The notes below the pieces were generated by a model, which saw only the letters and a program-made list of their open reading frames with translations, did not search any database and was not told where the DNA came from. Positions 10,544 through 22,038 of a stretch of 64,000 nt of DNA are shown here, one piece after another. The position numbers and the translations under genes are program-made. Source of the DNA: a virus; the IMG/VR virus record IMGVR_UViG_3300010885_044958, positions 32,001 to 96,000 of that record. One strand, given 5' to 3'. Each line of letters opens with the position of its first letter. The stretch's first letter is position 1.

Positions 10544-12914
10544 TTACAGAGGCAAATCTCCATCTGATATATCTATTTCATTTTCAATTATTTCCTGTTC
10601 AGCCAAGTCTCTTTCTAGCTCTACTTGATCTGCATTATCTAAAGTTATATTTGGAACCATTGTAATACTTGGTTGTGGTGGAATAGTCCAGGTATAGAGA
10701 TCATTTAATTCCTGTCGTAAACTATTAGCAGTAAAACCACCTGTGCTATATGTCAATGGTCTACTTGGTTCATCAAAACCAGAAACTTCTCTACCTCTAG
10801 CATCTAAAACAACTCTACGACCACCACCACCTCTTGTATTTCTCCTAGGCATTTCTGTTTCTACTTTAAATTTTGCAAGTTTTGCACGATATTGCAATTT
10901 AAATTTTGAAAATTCCTTTTCCATATTTGCTCTAAGAAACCAATTACCTTCTTCAAATTCAAATAAATCTGGATTTTCTTCTATATTTAAAATGCCAAAC
11001 TTTTTTTCAAAATCTGTCTGTGCAAATGTACTTACTATTTCTTCAAGGTCTACCTTATTAGATTTTTCTTCGGAACTGCGCAATTTCCAACCTTTATCTT
11101 CTTTTACTTCAGTTTCAAAGAATGTGTTAACTTGTATATCTTCAAATTTATTATTGGTTATTTCATTAATAGTTTTGTAGATATCATTATGTGCTTTATT
11201 TCGTGCATCTTCTTGTTCATATCCTTTTTCTAACATAGATTTAGGATATTTAAACTCTTTTGTTAGTCTTACTTTATAAAATATTTTTCCTTTTTCCATA
11301 ATTATTCTGATCTAAATTTAATAATGTTTTTATAATGTTTTTTATATAAGTCGTCATACCTCAATTTATCTGCCTTTGCATCAAATTTTACAAAAATCCG
11401 CGCAATTTCTTCCATACATAAGAAATCAGCTAGTTCTCTTATATTTATTACATCTTGTTCTTTTCTATCTATTTTACCTATTGCAAGAAGACCATATTTT
11501 TTTAGTTCGTCTTCACCTTGAATAATTTCACCTGTTTCATCTAGTACTTTTACTCTGATTTCAGTAATTTTTATTTTTGGTTCAGCATCAGAAAAATCAG
11601 TTCGCAATTCATACTTTATATCCCCACCATTGTAATCAAAGCTTAAATTTGGGTCCATTATATCACTTTCGTTATACCTGATCCCTATAAATTTTGATAA
11701 TGCATCCTTTAAATTAGCATAAGAATATCCTGAAGTGCCATTTACAAGAAAAATTTGACCGTTCAATAAAAACTGTCTATCTTTACCATACATAGATATT
11801 TCTACAGCTCCCATATCTAATACTTTCTGAGCTTCATCTATTGGTTTATCTTCTTTTGGTATTGGTACTGCCTTTTTATTAGATTTTTTTGTAGCTGGGG
11901 CAAATTGTCCACCGTATGCTTCACCATACGTTAATGGTGTTTGCCTTAAATATTCCCAACTCATCCCCCCGTCACTCCTTCTTATATTTTCTCCTGGCAT
12001 AATATATTATTTTTAAATCTATAATTTAATTCTTCTAAAAATATTAGATGTTTTATTTTCCAAGCATCTGAAATTTTTTGGTCTTTTTGCATTTTCTCTG
12101 TAAAATATTTAAGAATTGCAATAATGTGATCTGTAGATAAGTCTTTAAGTAAAATCCATTCTGTTGTAGGTAATCTATTGTTATCCGCATCATAATTTTT
12201 CCCCCATTTAAAGTCCAAACGTATATCTCCTATTATTTCACTTATTTCTGATTCTTTTGGTTTACTGCCACTGTATCTACAATATTCTTCTGGTAGTGAC
12301 GATCCGCCCCCATCAAACATGAAGAACTCTCCAGACGCAGTTGTATGTGTTTTATAGTCATGACCAAACCAGCTAAATAGCTTTATACCATCAGATGTCT
12401 CAACATATTGTATTTTCATAGAACCTCCCATTTATATGTACTATTCAAGGTCTTAAACGTATTTGTTTCTGGAAATACTTCTGTTACTTCTGATGTAATT
12501 AACCAGTTTTCTACAGTTTGTCCTCTTACTATAAAACTTTGACCTACGACAGGTTCACTTTTTACATCCCCGGTTACATTATAACCTTTATAAATTCCCT
12601 TCGGATGATTACCTTCAAATTTATCATCACTTATTTTTGTTAATTGAACTTTCATATATTTCATTTATTTTAGATTCTATTCCACCTTCAATAATTCTAT
12701 TTAATTTTTCAAAACCAAGCGCATATAAATTAGTATAAAATCTTGTCGAACCAAATTTTAATTTTATTTGCATATACTTAAAACCTTCAATTTTAATTAA
12801 TTCAGGAAAAATAGAATCTAGATATTTCGTGACTTTTTCTTCTCTTATATCTAATCCATAATGCCCTTCTTCTAGATATTCCTTGTATTTTTCATTAAAT
12901 TGTGCAGTTGTCAT
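10544..12914 (-). CDS. five hypothetical proteins (10544-11299, 11302-12000, 11982-12431, 12416-12664, 12627-12914)
   Basis: Overlapping or abutting co-directional ORFs. Confidence 0.55.
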
Positions 12915-12924
12915 ATACTAATTT

Positions 12925-13722
12925 TTAATCACGGTAGTTAAATAGCTCGTGTTTTTTATGTGCGCGATCGTAGATCTCTTCCCAAGTATCCATTTCTTTT
13001 CTAAATTCATCTAATTCTTTTAGATTTATTATCTCACCCTTATCATTTTTTGGCGCAAAATGCTTTGCAATTAAATCTTTTCTATACGCAGATTTATGTA
13101 TTACTCCCCACATAAGACTTTCTGTTTCTGGTTTTCCTGGGCCATTTGCAGTTTTTTGTGGAAATAATATCTTATACTCTTTAGAAAATTTAAAATACCT
13201 CCCTGCTTTAAAATGATAATAATCTTCTTTCCATTTTTCAGCAGTTTCAAATACTAGCATTACTAGATTCTTATCGTCTTGTCTACCTAAGTCATAATCC
13301 ATTTTAAATCCAGGAATTGCCCAAAGAAATTTTATAACTTCTTTATAATCTTTATCAGAGAAATCCTTTACTGATAAAAGCACAAATATTGGTCTAGTAT
13401 AATCATGATCATAATCTACATCATCTAAATATGCATTTTTAAAAAATTTTTTAAACTGCGCATTTCTTAAATTCAACCCTAACATTGGTAAAAGAAAAAG
13501 AGCCGTCTTAGTGAACGGCCCATTATATATGGATTCTTCTGCGCGAAATTCTTCCTGTATTACTTTATCTGCTTCTGGTGTTTTAATCATTTTTACATTT
13601 GGTTTAACTATAGCACTAAGATCACTTTTAACCTTTAATACTATACTATGTTTTTTAAAATCATTTGTCCATCTTTGTTGTACTCTGCCATCTCGTACAA
13701 AATGCTCTAATAGCCATTCCAT
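12925..13722 (-). CDS. hypothetical protein downstream of the exonuclease
   Basis: 265-aa ORF, 3 nt from the exonuclease stop. Confidence 0.6.
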   Translation of the reverse strand: MEWLLEHFVRDGRVQQRWTNDFKKHSIVLKVKSDLSAIVKPNVKMIKTPEADKVIQEEFRAEESIYNGPFTKTALFLLPMLGLNLRNAQFKKFFKNAYLDDVDYDHDYTRPIFVLLSVKDFSDKDYKEVIKFLWAIPGFKMDYDLGRQDDKNLVMLVFETAEKWKEDYYHFKAGRYFKFSKEYKILFPQKTANGPGKPETESLMWGVIHKSAYRKDLIAKHFAPKNDKGEIINLKELDEFRKEMDTWEEIYDRAHKKHELFNYRD

Positions 13723-13725
13723 TTA

Positions 13726-14901
13726 TTAATTATTTATTAAGTTTAATTGTATAATCCCGTTTTCTAACATTTCTCTGCATTCTGAAAAATCGTTTTTGCA
13801 AATATGCCACGCAATTTCGTCTAGCAACTGATTCCAACCCTTTTTAATTCTAAACTGATGATGTTTACCAAATGCGCCTTCTAGAAATTTTTCATTACCA
13901 TATCGTGCATTATATAAATCTCTTTCTGAATAAGAATATATGCAGGGTGTTTTATCAACTATGTCGATTGCAATATTAATTGGTGGTAATTGTTTATAGT
14001 CTTTTAGATAATAAAAATTTGCATCCTGCTCAATTAATTTTGAAATAAGGTATTGGTAAAAACTCAATTGCATATCATAATTGAACTTATATATATTGTT
14101 TTTGAATTCATGTGTTGAGAACGTTTTCTTAAAATCTACTATTTGATATGTTTTATTCTTGTGGTCAACTCTAAATATATCTAATGCACCTTTAATTGGG
14201 ATTTTTCTGATTTCTGGTTCACGAATTTCATGCCAAGCTATTGGGTCTTCAAATTCTACCTCATAATCATACTCAGCAAAAATTTCTAATTGAAAATGCA
14301 ATTCATTATCAGGAGATTCTACTAGATAATCACGAGTATGCTTGTTTGCCTTAAGGATTTCTATCAGTTCTATTGCTTGCATATTTAAACTAGACGAGAT
14401 TATCTTACGATGATTTGCCTCAGCTAAAATTGAGAAATACGCATTTCCACGTTCTATTATTTTATTTACTCTAGTATCATCTTTCCATCCAGATTGCCAT
14501 TTTTCAGTATTACAGCAAGATAATAAAATATCCCAGTTTTCTGCCAAATCAATTTTTAAAAATTCTGGCTCTTCTGGCAATACTTCATTTAATTCTTTTA
14601 AGGAATTGTTATATTCAATAATCTGATTATAGGTACATTCAATGATTTTGCACTCAGTCTCGCTAGGAATTTTTTCCATATTAGCTATATAGAATCTCTC
14701 TTCTAACTTATCTGGGCATGTTATCAATGTATCCAAAATTTCTCCAAGCAAAAACGCCGGGTTCTCATTTTCATCATCTTCAATATTTTCTACATATTTT
14801 CTGTACCACTTTTTGGGGGAAAAATTGCGCCATGCCTTTATAGAACTTTGACTTATACAAAACCCTCTACCACCACCATTCTTATAATCCGCTGTTTGCA
14901 T
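13726..14901 (-). CDS. PD-(D/E)XK exonuclease (RecE/Exo VIII-like)
   Basis: ISQSSIK, GEILD, IKGALDIFRVD...IVDFKK, YDMQLSFY. Confidence 0.8.
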   Translation of the reverse strand: MQTADYKNGGGRGFCISQSSIKAWRNFSPKKWYRKYVENIEDDENENPAFLLGEILDTLITCPDKLEERFYIANMEKIPSETECKIIECTYNQIIEYNNSLKELNEVLPEEPEFLKIDLAENWDILLSCCNTEKWQSGWKDDTRVNKIIERGNAYFSILAEANHRKIISSSLNMQAIELIEILKANKHTRDYLVESPDNELHFQLEIFAEYDYEVEFEDPIAWHEIREPEIRKIPIKGALDIFRVDHKNKTYQIVDFKKTFSTHEFKNNIYKFNYDMQLSFYQYLISKLIEQDANFYYLKDYKQLPPINIAIDIVDKTPCIYSYSERDLYNARYGNEKFLEGAFGKHHQFRIKKGWNQLLDEIAWHICKNDFSECREMLENGIIQLNLINN

Positions 14902-15127
14902 ACTTTCTTATTAATTTAAATATTTCTCCTATGTCTGTAAATTGCATTTCTTGCCCAAATTTTATTGGTAAAAACGCTATAGTAAATCCATGTTCTCCAT
15001 GAAATTTTTCTGCGACTTTTTTGCCATTTATTGTATCTAGATATAACCAGGGAAAATTGCCAAAATATTCGGTTTCAATTCCTAATTTCTTTAGTCTATT
15101 TCTAAATATTGTTAATTTGTCATACAT
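14882..15127 (-). CDS. hypothetical protein
   Basis: ORF track. Confidence 0.55.
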   Translation of the reverse strand: MYDKLTIFRNRLKKLGIETEYFGNFPWLYLDTINGKKVAEKFHGEHGFTIAFLPIKFGQEMQFTDIGEIFKLIRKYANSGL

Positions 15128-15285
15128 ATTAATAGTCTTCTTCTAATTTATACAAAACATCTTCTAAAAATCCTAAAAATGCATTATCAGCTTTCCACCA
15201 ATATTCATCATTATATCTAATATCTTTTGTATTTTCTTTTAAATAAAATATTTGATCTTTAATCATTTGTATTGCTTCATCCATA

Positions 15286-15714
15286 TTATTTCATTTTTGA
15301 TCTATAGTAATGGGCACGTATATTATCGTTATATGAATCTTCTCTTAATATTGCATCTTCACAAAATAAGATTTTTTCTTCAGTATAATTTAATTGCATT
15401 TTTGAAGTGCAAAAAACTAAAATTTCTTTTTTAATATTTGCTCCATTTTTAATATCTTCATTGAGTGTAGCATTGCTGCCAGTGTAATCTAACCAATTAG
15501 ACTCTTTAACAACAATTTTATTTTTTTTGCGTCTATTGTTAGTGGCTTCTTGCTCTTTAAGAGAAATTTTAGTCTTTCTATGTGTATGTAATATCTTACG
15601 CCCCCAATATTTCTTATCATTGTCTAAATTAATTATTAAGTACACGAATCCCACAGAATTTTCTGGGCATTTTGCAATATCATCCACTATCTGACCTCTA
15701 TAAATCCAACTCAT
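15286..15714 (-). CDS. GIY-YIG nuclease, T4 endonuclease II-like
   Basis: GFVYLI...KYWGRK...ESNWLDYTGS...YNDNI. Start set at MSW, just after a TATCTTTG -7 box. Confidence 0.75.
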   Translation of the reverse strand: MSWIYRGQIVDDIAKCPENSVGFVYLIINLDNDKKYWGRKILHTHRKTKISLKEQEATNNRRKKNKIVVKESNWLDYTGSNATLNEDIKNGANIKKEILVFCTSKMQLNYTEEKILFCEDAILREDSYNDNIRAHYYRSKMK

Positions 15715-15806
15715 AGGTGCAAAGATATAAAAAAAGAAAGTCTTAAACAAATATTACTTTATCTAAGACTCTCTTATCAAACAACACACTCAATCACAAA
15801 CGACTT

Positions 15807-16040
15807 TTAAGATATTTCATTTTTATTTTTAGCTAGCCATTTATCTAATCTTTGACCATCTCCTTCCCATATTTCTTCTTCTTCATCATATCCCCAAGCA
15901 TAAATCCATAATTTATCTGGATTTTCAAGAGCCATTAATTTTCTGGTGTCTCTTTTGCACATAACATTTTGTCTATGCCGTGCAATAATTTTTCCAGACT
16001 TATCTTTTATATCATATTCTACTACATTTGCACTTGTCAT
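15807..16040 (-). CDS. hypothetical protein
   Basis: ORF track. Confidence 0.5.
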   Translation of the reverse strand: MTSANVVEYDIKDKSGKIIARHRQNVMCKRDTRKLMALENPDKLWIYAWGYDEEEEIWEGDGQRLDKWLAKNKNEIS

Positions 16041-16051
16041 ATTTTAATTTT

Positions 16052-17596
16052 TTAATCTCTAAACAATGCCTTTCCGTCAAATTGGAATTTATACGTGAGG
16101 TCATCTTTAAGACACCATTCAGATACTTTATCTCCATTTTCAATATCCTTAGCAAATCTATTTTTACGCTCTGTATAATACGCGATCAAATAATCTGAAA
16201 GAAACATTGCGTCTTTACTACTCTTATAATGCGTTTTATAAAAATTTAACACATCAATAAAACTAATTGTGTCTCCACATATAATCTTTTTTATGTTGTT
16301 TTCAGCAAACGCAATTACAGCACGATTCATAAACAACCAATTAACTGCTCTCTGACTATTCAAAGTTGCATCATGCAGTCTGGATTCGCAAGTACCGCTT
16401 GGAGAAAATAACATGTTGATAAAATTCCAATCATAATATCTACAACTTCTTTGCCATTTCTCCCTAATTGGATGCCTCATTTGTGTTCTATTTACTTCTT
16501 GATCCGCATGATGTCCCTCACTTAAAAACTCAAATATTCTATTATAAACCACATCTACAAATTGATCATACCCTTCTTTAGACTGATCTTTAAGTGAGTA
16601 AATAGACATTTTTTTGAGCTTTTGACAATAGTTTTTGCGTTTGATTCCACGATGATCTAGCTTATAATATGGAAACATCTTGAATATATCATCTTGAATT
16701 TGATAACATAACATATACAACGCAACCAGATAAACTCTTTCTTTAGGTAGATTTCCAAGATGAATGTGATAAGAACACCTTATATCTATTTGATTCCTCT
16801 TTTGCAATTCCTTACAAGTGTTTATTATATTCTGAATACCTTTTGCGCCTTCCATTGGAACAGTTACGTACTCAGGTCCACCTTCAAGACTACCATCTCT
16901 ACAAATTACTAGTCCAAGACGATTTTGTAAATAATCAGGCATACTGCCAACAGAAGCTTCAAACTCACACCCAAAACTTGTATTGCCTAAAAACTTTGCA
17001 TACTTTTTTGCATCATCCCCTATTTTCAGTCCATAATTCTTATACAATTCTTTCTTTTGTTCAAATTCCTTTGCATTATCTTCTATGTTATATCCTTTGT
17101 TAGTATAAGATTTGCTTGGACGAATTTTTTCCATTTGATTCTTATCGCCCTTACCAACTTCTCCTGTTTTATAAAATACATTTGCAGAAACGTCTTCAAA
17201 GAAATGCATTTTCAAAATTTCTGGATTCAGTGCAGTATAATTAGAATTTTTCCAGACAACTGGGCAATTATTGTATTCATTTTTAGTGAACCTACCTGTT
17301 ATAACATTGCCAGAAAAATCTACATCAACAATACCATTAATCATTTTCTTAGTATCCTTAATAAACCATTCTCCAGTTTCCCAATCTTTTTCTATTTTAC
17401 CAGAAGTAGTTCTATACCATTTTTGTTCAGATTCAATATAGAATATATCTGTAAAAACACTGTAATACTTGCCTTTAACAAATTTTGTATTCTTTCTATA
17501 TTCTGTTTTTCCATCGTGCGTCTCTACAACAGGAAAACCCAATGAAGGGTTCTCCGTGTAGGACTGTATTGTTGTTATTAATTTTTTTTGTATCAT
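16052..17596 (-). CDS. putative amidoligase (COOH-NH2 ligase, Amidoligase_2-like)
   Basis: FGCEFE, DGSL, EYVTVP, CSYHIHLG, RYxxWN, TCESRLH: glutamine-synthetase-fold ligase motifs. Confidence 0.8.
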   Translation of the reverse strand: MIQKKLITTIQSYTENPSLGFPVVETHDGKTEYRKNTKFVKGKYYSVFTDIFYIESEQKWYRTTSGKIEKDWETGEWFIKDTKKMINGIVDVDFSGNVITGRFTKNEYNNCPVVWKNSNYTALNPEILKMHFFEDVSANVFYKTGEVGKGDKNQMEKIRPSKSYTNKGYNIEDNAKEFEQKKELYKNYGLKIGDDAKKYAKFLGNTSFGCEFEASVGSMPDYLQNRLGLVICRDGSLEGGPEYVTVPMEGAKGIQNIINTCKELQKRNQIDIRCSYHIHLGNLPKERVYLVALYMLCYQIQDDIFKMFPYYKLDHRGIKRKNYCQKLKKMSIYSLKDQSKEGYDQFVDVVYNRIFEFLSEGHHADQEVNRTQMRHPIREKWQRSCRYYDWNFINMLFSPSGTCESRLHDATLNSQRAVNWLFMNRAVIAFAENNIKKIICGDTISFIDVLNFYKTHYKSSKDAMFLSDYLIAYYTERKNRFAKDIENGDKVSEWCLKDDLTYKFQFDGKALFRD

Positions 17597-19890
17597 ACAA
17601 CTGCTGTGTTTAATGTGCGATTGATTAATCCTGCAACCTCTTCGTCATCATTTTCTGTGGCGATATCTGCAATTTTATGCTTTATGTTATCTAAAATTTT
17701 GTACATTGCATCAGTTACTTCTTGAGCATACTTATTTGAAAGCATCCCAGACAATTCATCTACAGAATTATTTAATTCACCAAGAACTACAATCATTTCA
17801 CCAATTTTATCTCTGGCTATTGCCTCATCTATTTCTTCGTGATTTGGTTCATCTAGTTCTGGTTCATCCACTATTTCTGCATTTTCATAAACAATGATAT
17901 CTAATGGTTCTTTCTCCTCTGTTTGCAAAAGTTTTTCTTCTATTGTTGTTGTACTCGAACCTGGAGTATCTATTCCAAGCATTGATTTAATAGATTTTTT
18001 ATTCCAGTATTTATAAGGAATATCTGCAATTCTAAATCGCTTTTCCTCGTATCTTTCTAGAACATTCATTGCATCTTCTATTTCAGTTCTGATACTAGTT
18101 TGTCTTTTTACAGCATCTTCAATAGTCTTAGCAACTTCCCTATCCAGTTCTTCATTATCTGGGTCTAAAGTAGTATTTGGATCTTTAACCATACAATCAA
18201 AAACAAAATACTTTATTGCGTAGTACTGTTGCTCTTTTATTGCATTCATTGCTTCTGCTGCTGTAGTAAACACCTTATCATAAACAGAATCTCCGCCTGT
18301 TTGCAAAGTAAATTCTTCGTAAAACATTTTAGATTCATGCTTCTTATCGGATGTTTTTATGTCTTCCAAATAACCATTCTTTCCTATTGAATAATTTCTT
18401 GAAGAAAACAACGGTGTAAAGCTCTTAGACTTATATCTGTTATCGTCTAAATAAAATCCAAAACGCACATGCGCAGTCTGTCCTGTAGATTCTCCATGTA
18501 TATTTGTTACTGGATACATTGAATATTTACTAATCTGATGAGCAAAATTATGACTCATTAGATCTGGCAAAATCTTTTTATTTTTAATATCATCTTGAAG
18601 ATTATTCCATGCTTGCCCCCCTTTTAACATCACACCTCTATAAAAATAGTAAGCCTGTACATTTTGACCTTCTATATCATACCTTACACCCTTCTTATCT
18701 AACCAGAGTTTACCCATGCACAAAGCCGCGCTAGCATTCGGCATACGAAATCGCCCTTGCCAGAAATAGACCCTCCCACTTCCATCTAATGATTGATAAG
18801 GTCTTGTTTCATTCCAAATCTTTGAGCTTGAAGGTGTTACTCCCGGAATATCAAAAGGAATCATACCCTGTCCTTGTTGACCTCTTGTTATCAAATTTCT
18901 ATTTTGGCAACCTCTATTGTAATTAGGATAACACCCATCTCCATCCCAATTATAAGTATTATTATGCCCTTGATAAGTACTTACATGTACTACTTTTTCT
19001 TTACAATTAGGCCCATATAACCTCTTTACTTCGTGTTTAAATGTAGTAAATTTGCCATTTTTAATTTGCAAAACTACATTATAAGGAAAAACACAAATTT
19101 TATCATCTTTACTTGCTATTGCTCTTAAATATTCTGGAAGAGATGCAAAATACATACCTTCAGTAGTTTTCATATACCACATTGGTCTTTCTTCCCAGAC
19201 TGTATCCCCTTTATCTTCTGATTCATCTGGATGAGCATAATAACTACCGTGATAAACAAATAAACTATTTGGATCTCCTGCAAAATTCCATGCAAGTGCG
19301 GCATCTCCTTCATACTCATCCAATACTTTAAGACCTGCTTTATCTATACACATAGCAAGTCCTTCAGAATCTACTTGGTAACTACTATAAGGTATATTTG
19401 CCTCATTAGTAAGTTTTTGAATGTTACGGATGACTCCATTGTGAACGAGCCGTAAACATTTCTTAGGATCTTCATTTTCAATTGTAAATGGATGATTTGT
19501 ATCTTTTCCAGGAATTCCACCACCAGCAGCTTTACGATTATGAATCATTATTACACCACCATTATAAGTGATATTTTGCACATTATCTAAGTCTGAAATA
19601 AAGTTTTTCCAAGCCTTAGTATCTTTTTTAGTTGCGTTTGGTCCTTTCCAATCATCCCATCCTTTATATACTTCTCCGTTAATAAGCATTCCACAGCCAT
19701 CTCCACCACGATCTTGCAAATATAATCCTAAAATTTTCATTTTTTGGTAGGCAAGCATTTTTTGTGCTTCAGTAATTGCAGCTATCGGGGAAAAACAAGC
19801 CACTCCACATGGCAGTATCCCCGGAGTTCGTTTAAAGCAATTTATCAGTATAATCTGAATTATGATATAATAAAATATTATTGTTGACAT
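17593..19890 (-). CDS. class II (Ntn) glutamine amidotransferase with a long C-terminal extension
   Basis: CG (residues 28-29), QDRGGDGCG, HNRKA, NHPF, HNGVIRN, VDSE. Confidence 0.85.
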   Translation of the reverse strand: MSTIIFYYIIIQIILINCFKRTPGILPCGVACFSPIAAITEAQKMLAYQKMKILGLYLQDRGGDGCGMLINGEVYKGWDDWKGPNATKKDTKAWKNFISDLDNVQNITYNGGVIMIHNRKAAGGGIPGKDTNHPFTIENEDPKKCLRLVHNGVIRNIQKLTNEANIPYSSYQVDSEGLAMCIDKAGLKVLDEYEGDAALAWNFAGDPNSLFVYHGSYYAHPDESEDKGDTVWEERPMWYMKTTEGMYFASLPEYLRAIASKDDKICVFPYNVVLQIKNGKFTTFKHEVKRLYGPNCKEKVVHVSTYQGHNNTYNWDGDGCYPNYNRGCQNRNLITRGQQGQGMIPFDIPGVTPSSSKIWNETRPYQSLDGSGRVYFWQGRFRMPNASAALCMGKLWLDKKGVRYDIEGQNVQAYYFYRGVMLKGGQAWNNLQDDIKNKKILPDLMSHNFAHQISKYSMYPVTNIHGESTGQTAHVRFGFYLDDNRYKSKSFTPLFSSRNYSIGKNGYLEDIKTSDKKHESKMFYEEFTLQTGGDSVYDKVFTTAAEAMNAIKEQQYYAIKYFVFDCMVKDPNTTLDPDNEELDREVAKTIEDAVKRQTSIRTEIEDAMNVLERYEEKRFRIADIPYKYWNKKSIKSMLGIDTPGSSTTTIEEKLLQTEEKEPLDIIVYENAEIVDEPELDEPNHEEIDEAIARDKIGEMIVVLGELNNSVDELSGMLSNKYAQEVTDAMYKILDNIKHKIADIATENDDEEVAGLINRTLNTAVV

Positions 19891-19912
19891 GTGTTTGTTT
19901 GTTGTTTTGTTT

Positions 19913-19946
19913 AAAAATCGGGCTAGAATTATTAGTTCTAGCCCGT
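19913..19946 (-). terminator. intrinsic terminator inside the amidoligase cluster
   Basis: CGGGCTAGAA/TTCTAGCCCG stem, followed by a T-run on the - strand. Confidence 0.65.
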
Positions 19947-19956
19947 TGTTAATAAA

Positions 19957-20865
19957 TTATTGTTTTACTTGTTCTTTATAGATACCGAGTTGCCTAGCTT
20001 TTTGTCGAGCTATTATTGGTAACTGATCTATATACCTCTGTGCTGTTATAGATCCGTAGCTTGGAGCACTACAAGATTCTATTACGATAAAATCTGGTGC
20101 CTCTCTTTGCTTACCTTTACCGTTTAATTCAGACTGTACTCGCAAATCTATTGCACCTACATCAAGACCTACAGATTTGATTGCTTTTACACATTCTTCT
20201 ACTATAGAATTCCAATTAGATGGTTTTTCAAATGTCTCATTATTTTCCAAAATCCAAACGCAATTATCATCATGCTTTTGAAATTTTTCATTTTCAGGCG
20301 TTCCATTTTTCAACATCTTACGACAAGTATAAAAACATGTACCGTTTACAGCATCAATATGTAACCTATATTCCCTTGAATAAGACATATAGTGTTCTAT
20401 AATATAATTACTCATATCATGTCCGGCTATAAATCTGTTTAATTCTTCTGATGTTTTTATAAATGAATTACCTTCGCCTCTAGACCCAAACAAACTTTTT
20501 ACAATAAGTGGGAATTTTAAATCCTCTATTTTTGCCGTTTTATCTGAACCAGAAACATGAAATAATGAATCTTTATATGTATACCAAGGTGCGGTTTTTA
20601 TTCCTGTCTGTGCAAAACATTTTTTCATCAATAATTTGCTAGAACTATTTTGCACACCTTTTATTTCATTTATTTCAATCATCTTTCCACCACGACTTAC
20701 AGCTTCTTCTGCGATTGTGGTACTACCTAACCTAACCACACATTTAAATGGCATACGAGGCAATTCTGTACGTAATACAGCATGTGAGGGATGACGTGAG
20801 AATACATGAAACTTATGACTTGTAGTTATTACCTTAGGCTGCAACTTCTTCTTTAGAGTATTCAT
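19957..20865 (-). CDS. ATP-grasp peptide/amine ligase (RimK/YheCD-like)
   Basis: SSKLLMK, FPLIVKSLFGSRGEG, EYRLH, GLDVGAIDL, IESCSAPS. Confidence 0.85.
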   Translation of the reverse strand: MNTLKKKLQPKVITTSHKFHVFSRHPSHAVLRTELPRMPFKCVVRLGSTTIAEEAVSRGGKMIEINEIKGVQNSSSKLLMKKCFAQTGIKTAPWYTYKDSLFHVSGSDKTAKIEDLKFPLIVKSLFGSRGEGNSFIKTSEELNRFIAGHDMSNYIIEHYMSYSREYRLHIDAVNGTCFYTCRKMLKNGTPENEKFQKHDDNCVWILENNETFEKPSNWNSIVEECVKAIKSVGLDVGAIDLRVQSELNGKGKQREAPDFIVIESCSAPSYGSITAQRYIDQLPIIARQKARQLGIYKEQVKQ

Positions 20866-21397
20866 ATATTTGTTTTAGATGTAAATAATTTAATCCGTCT
20901 GTTAATACTTCTAGTCTTGGTGTACCATTTTGTGTTCCATTATCATCATAATGTGATATTGCCGAACTAAAATATTTATTTTCTTTATCGTAGTCTTTTC
21001 TATTATCATAGTACCAAACCCTAGCTTCAATTTGTGGGCATTGCAAACTATAAATTTCTAAATTTTCATTCAATTCTACTAAAATACAAATACATTCTAA
21101 CAGAGTAAGACTTGGATAATAGTAATTAGCTAACAAAAACAAATCATGTGTTGATCTATTTTTATGCCCACGACATTGCATTATATTTTTTTCTTTTTCT
21201 TCGGCAGTTTCATCTACCCAAATACAATTATGTTCATATTCTTTATTCCATTTATTCAAAAACCAATTTAAAAATGATTTTGCATCCGGCAATTCATTAT
21301 AATCTAGTTCTTCATTCATTTTAAATCTGCGTTCTTGCAAATAATTTTTTTCGTTAGATGCAATTATTTCTAATATTTCTTGATCTTTTAGTTCCAT
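20834..21397 (-). CDS. hypothetical protein within the amidoligase cluster
   Basis: ORF track. Confidence 0.6.
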   Translation of the reverse strand: MELKDQEILEIIASNEKNYLQERRFKMNEELDYNELPDAKSFLNWFLNKWNKEYEHNCIWVDETAEEKEKNIMQCRGHKNRSTHDLFLLANYYYPSLTLLECICILVELNENLEIYSLQCPQIEARVWYYDNRKDYDKENKYFSSAISHYDDNGTQNGTPRLEVLTDGLNYLHLKQIYEYSKEEVAA

Positions 21398-21400
21398 ATA

Positions 21401-22033
21401 TTATAGTTTATCTTCCATTAATTTTTTTAACAAATCTTGGCAATACTTTACTGGTTCTGATTCTACTTGCATAGCCTCTGGGTGCCATTGCGTTCCTAAA
21501 AACTGAGTCTTAGAGAAAAATAGAATTTCTGGTTCAATTGGCACATTCATTTGCTTACCTTCACCATCATCATGATGATTTGATAAATTATCTGCTGCAC
21601 CTATGATTCGATATTCATCTTCTGGCAAATTAAACGGATAACACATTTGGTGATGCATTGAGTTCACAGAAAATACTTTACCATCTTCTGTTTTAATTGT
21701 ATGCCTCCCTGGATGAGAAATATCTTGTATTAATTTTCCACCAGAAACTGCGCAACCATACTGAATTCCTTTGCATGTACCCCACAACTTTTTTCCAAGA
21801 CCTATCGCAGTTCTAATATCAGCAAGTTCTTCATCATGTTCCATTCTAGTAAATCCCCAACTAGCAGAATGCCTCTTTTCTTCGCCATAAATTCTTGTGT
21901 CGATATCGCTACCTCCATTTACAAAGACCAAATCAGCTTCTTCTACAGAATGTACTATTTCTCTATTTGGAACCCAGTTAGAATAACCAGAACCTCTTTT
22001 ACCTGCGTGATATACTTTTATCTTTTTTTGCAT
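21401..22033 (-). CDS. class I glutamine amidotransferase / gamma-glutamyl hydrolase (PuuD, peptidase C26-like)
   Basis: GGSDI, GTCKGIQ (nucleophile Cys), VNSMHHQ, QWHPE (His-Glu). Confidence 0.88.
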   Translation of the reverse strand: MQKKIKVYHAGKRGSGYSNWVPNREIVHSVEEADLVFVNGGSDIDTRIYGEEKRHSASWGFTRMEHDEELADIRTAIGLGKKLWGTCKGIQYGCAVSGGKLIQDISHPGRHTIKTEDGKVFSVNSMHHQMCYPFNLPEDEYRIIGAADNLSNHHDDGEGKQMNVPIEPEILFFSKTQFLGTQWHPEAMQVESEPVKYCQDLLKKLMEDKL

Positions 22034-22038
22034 AATTT

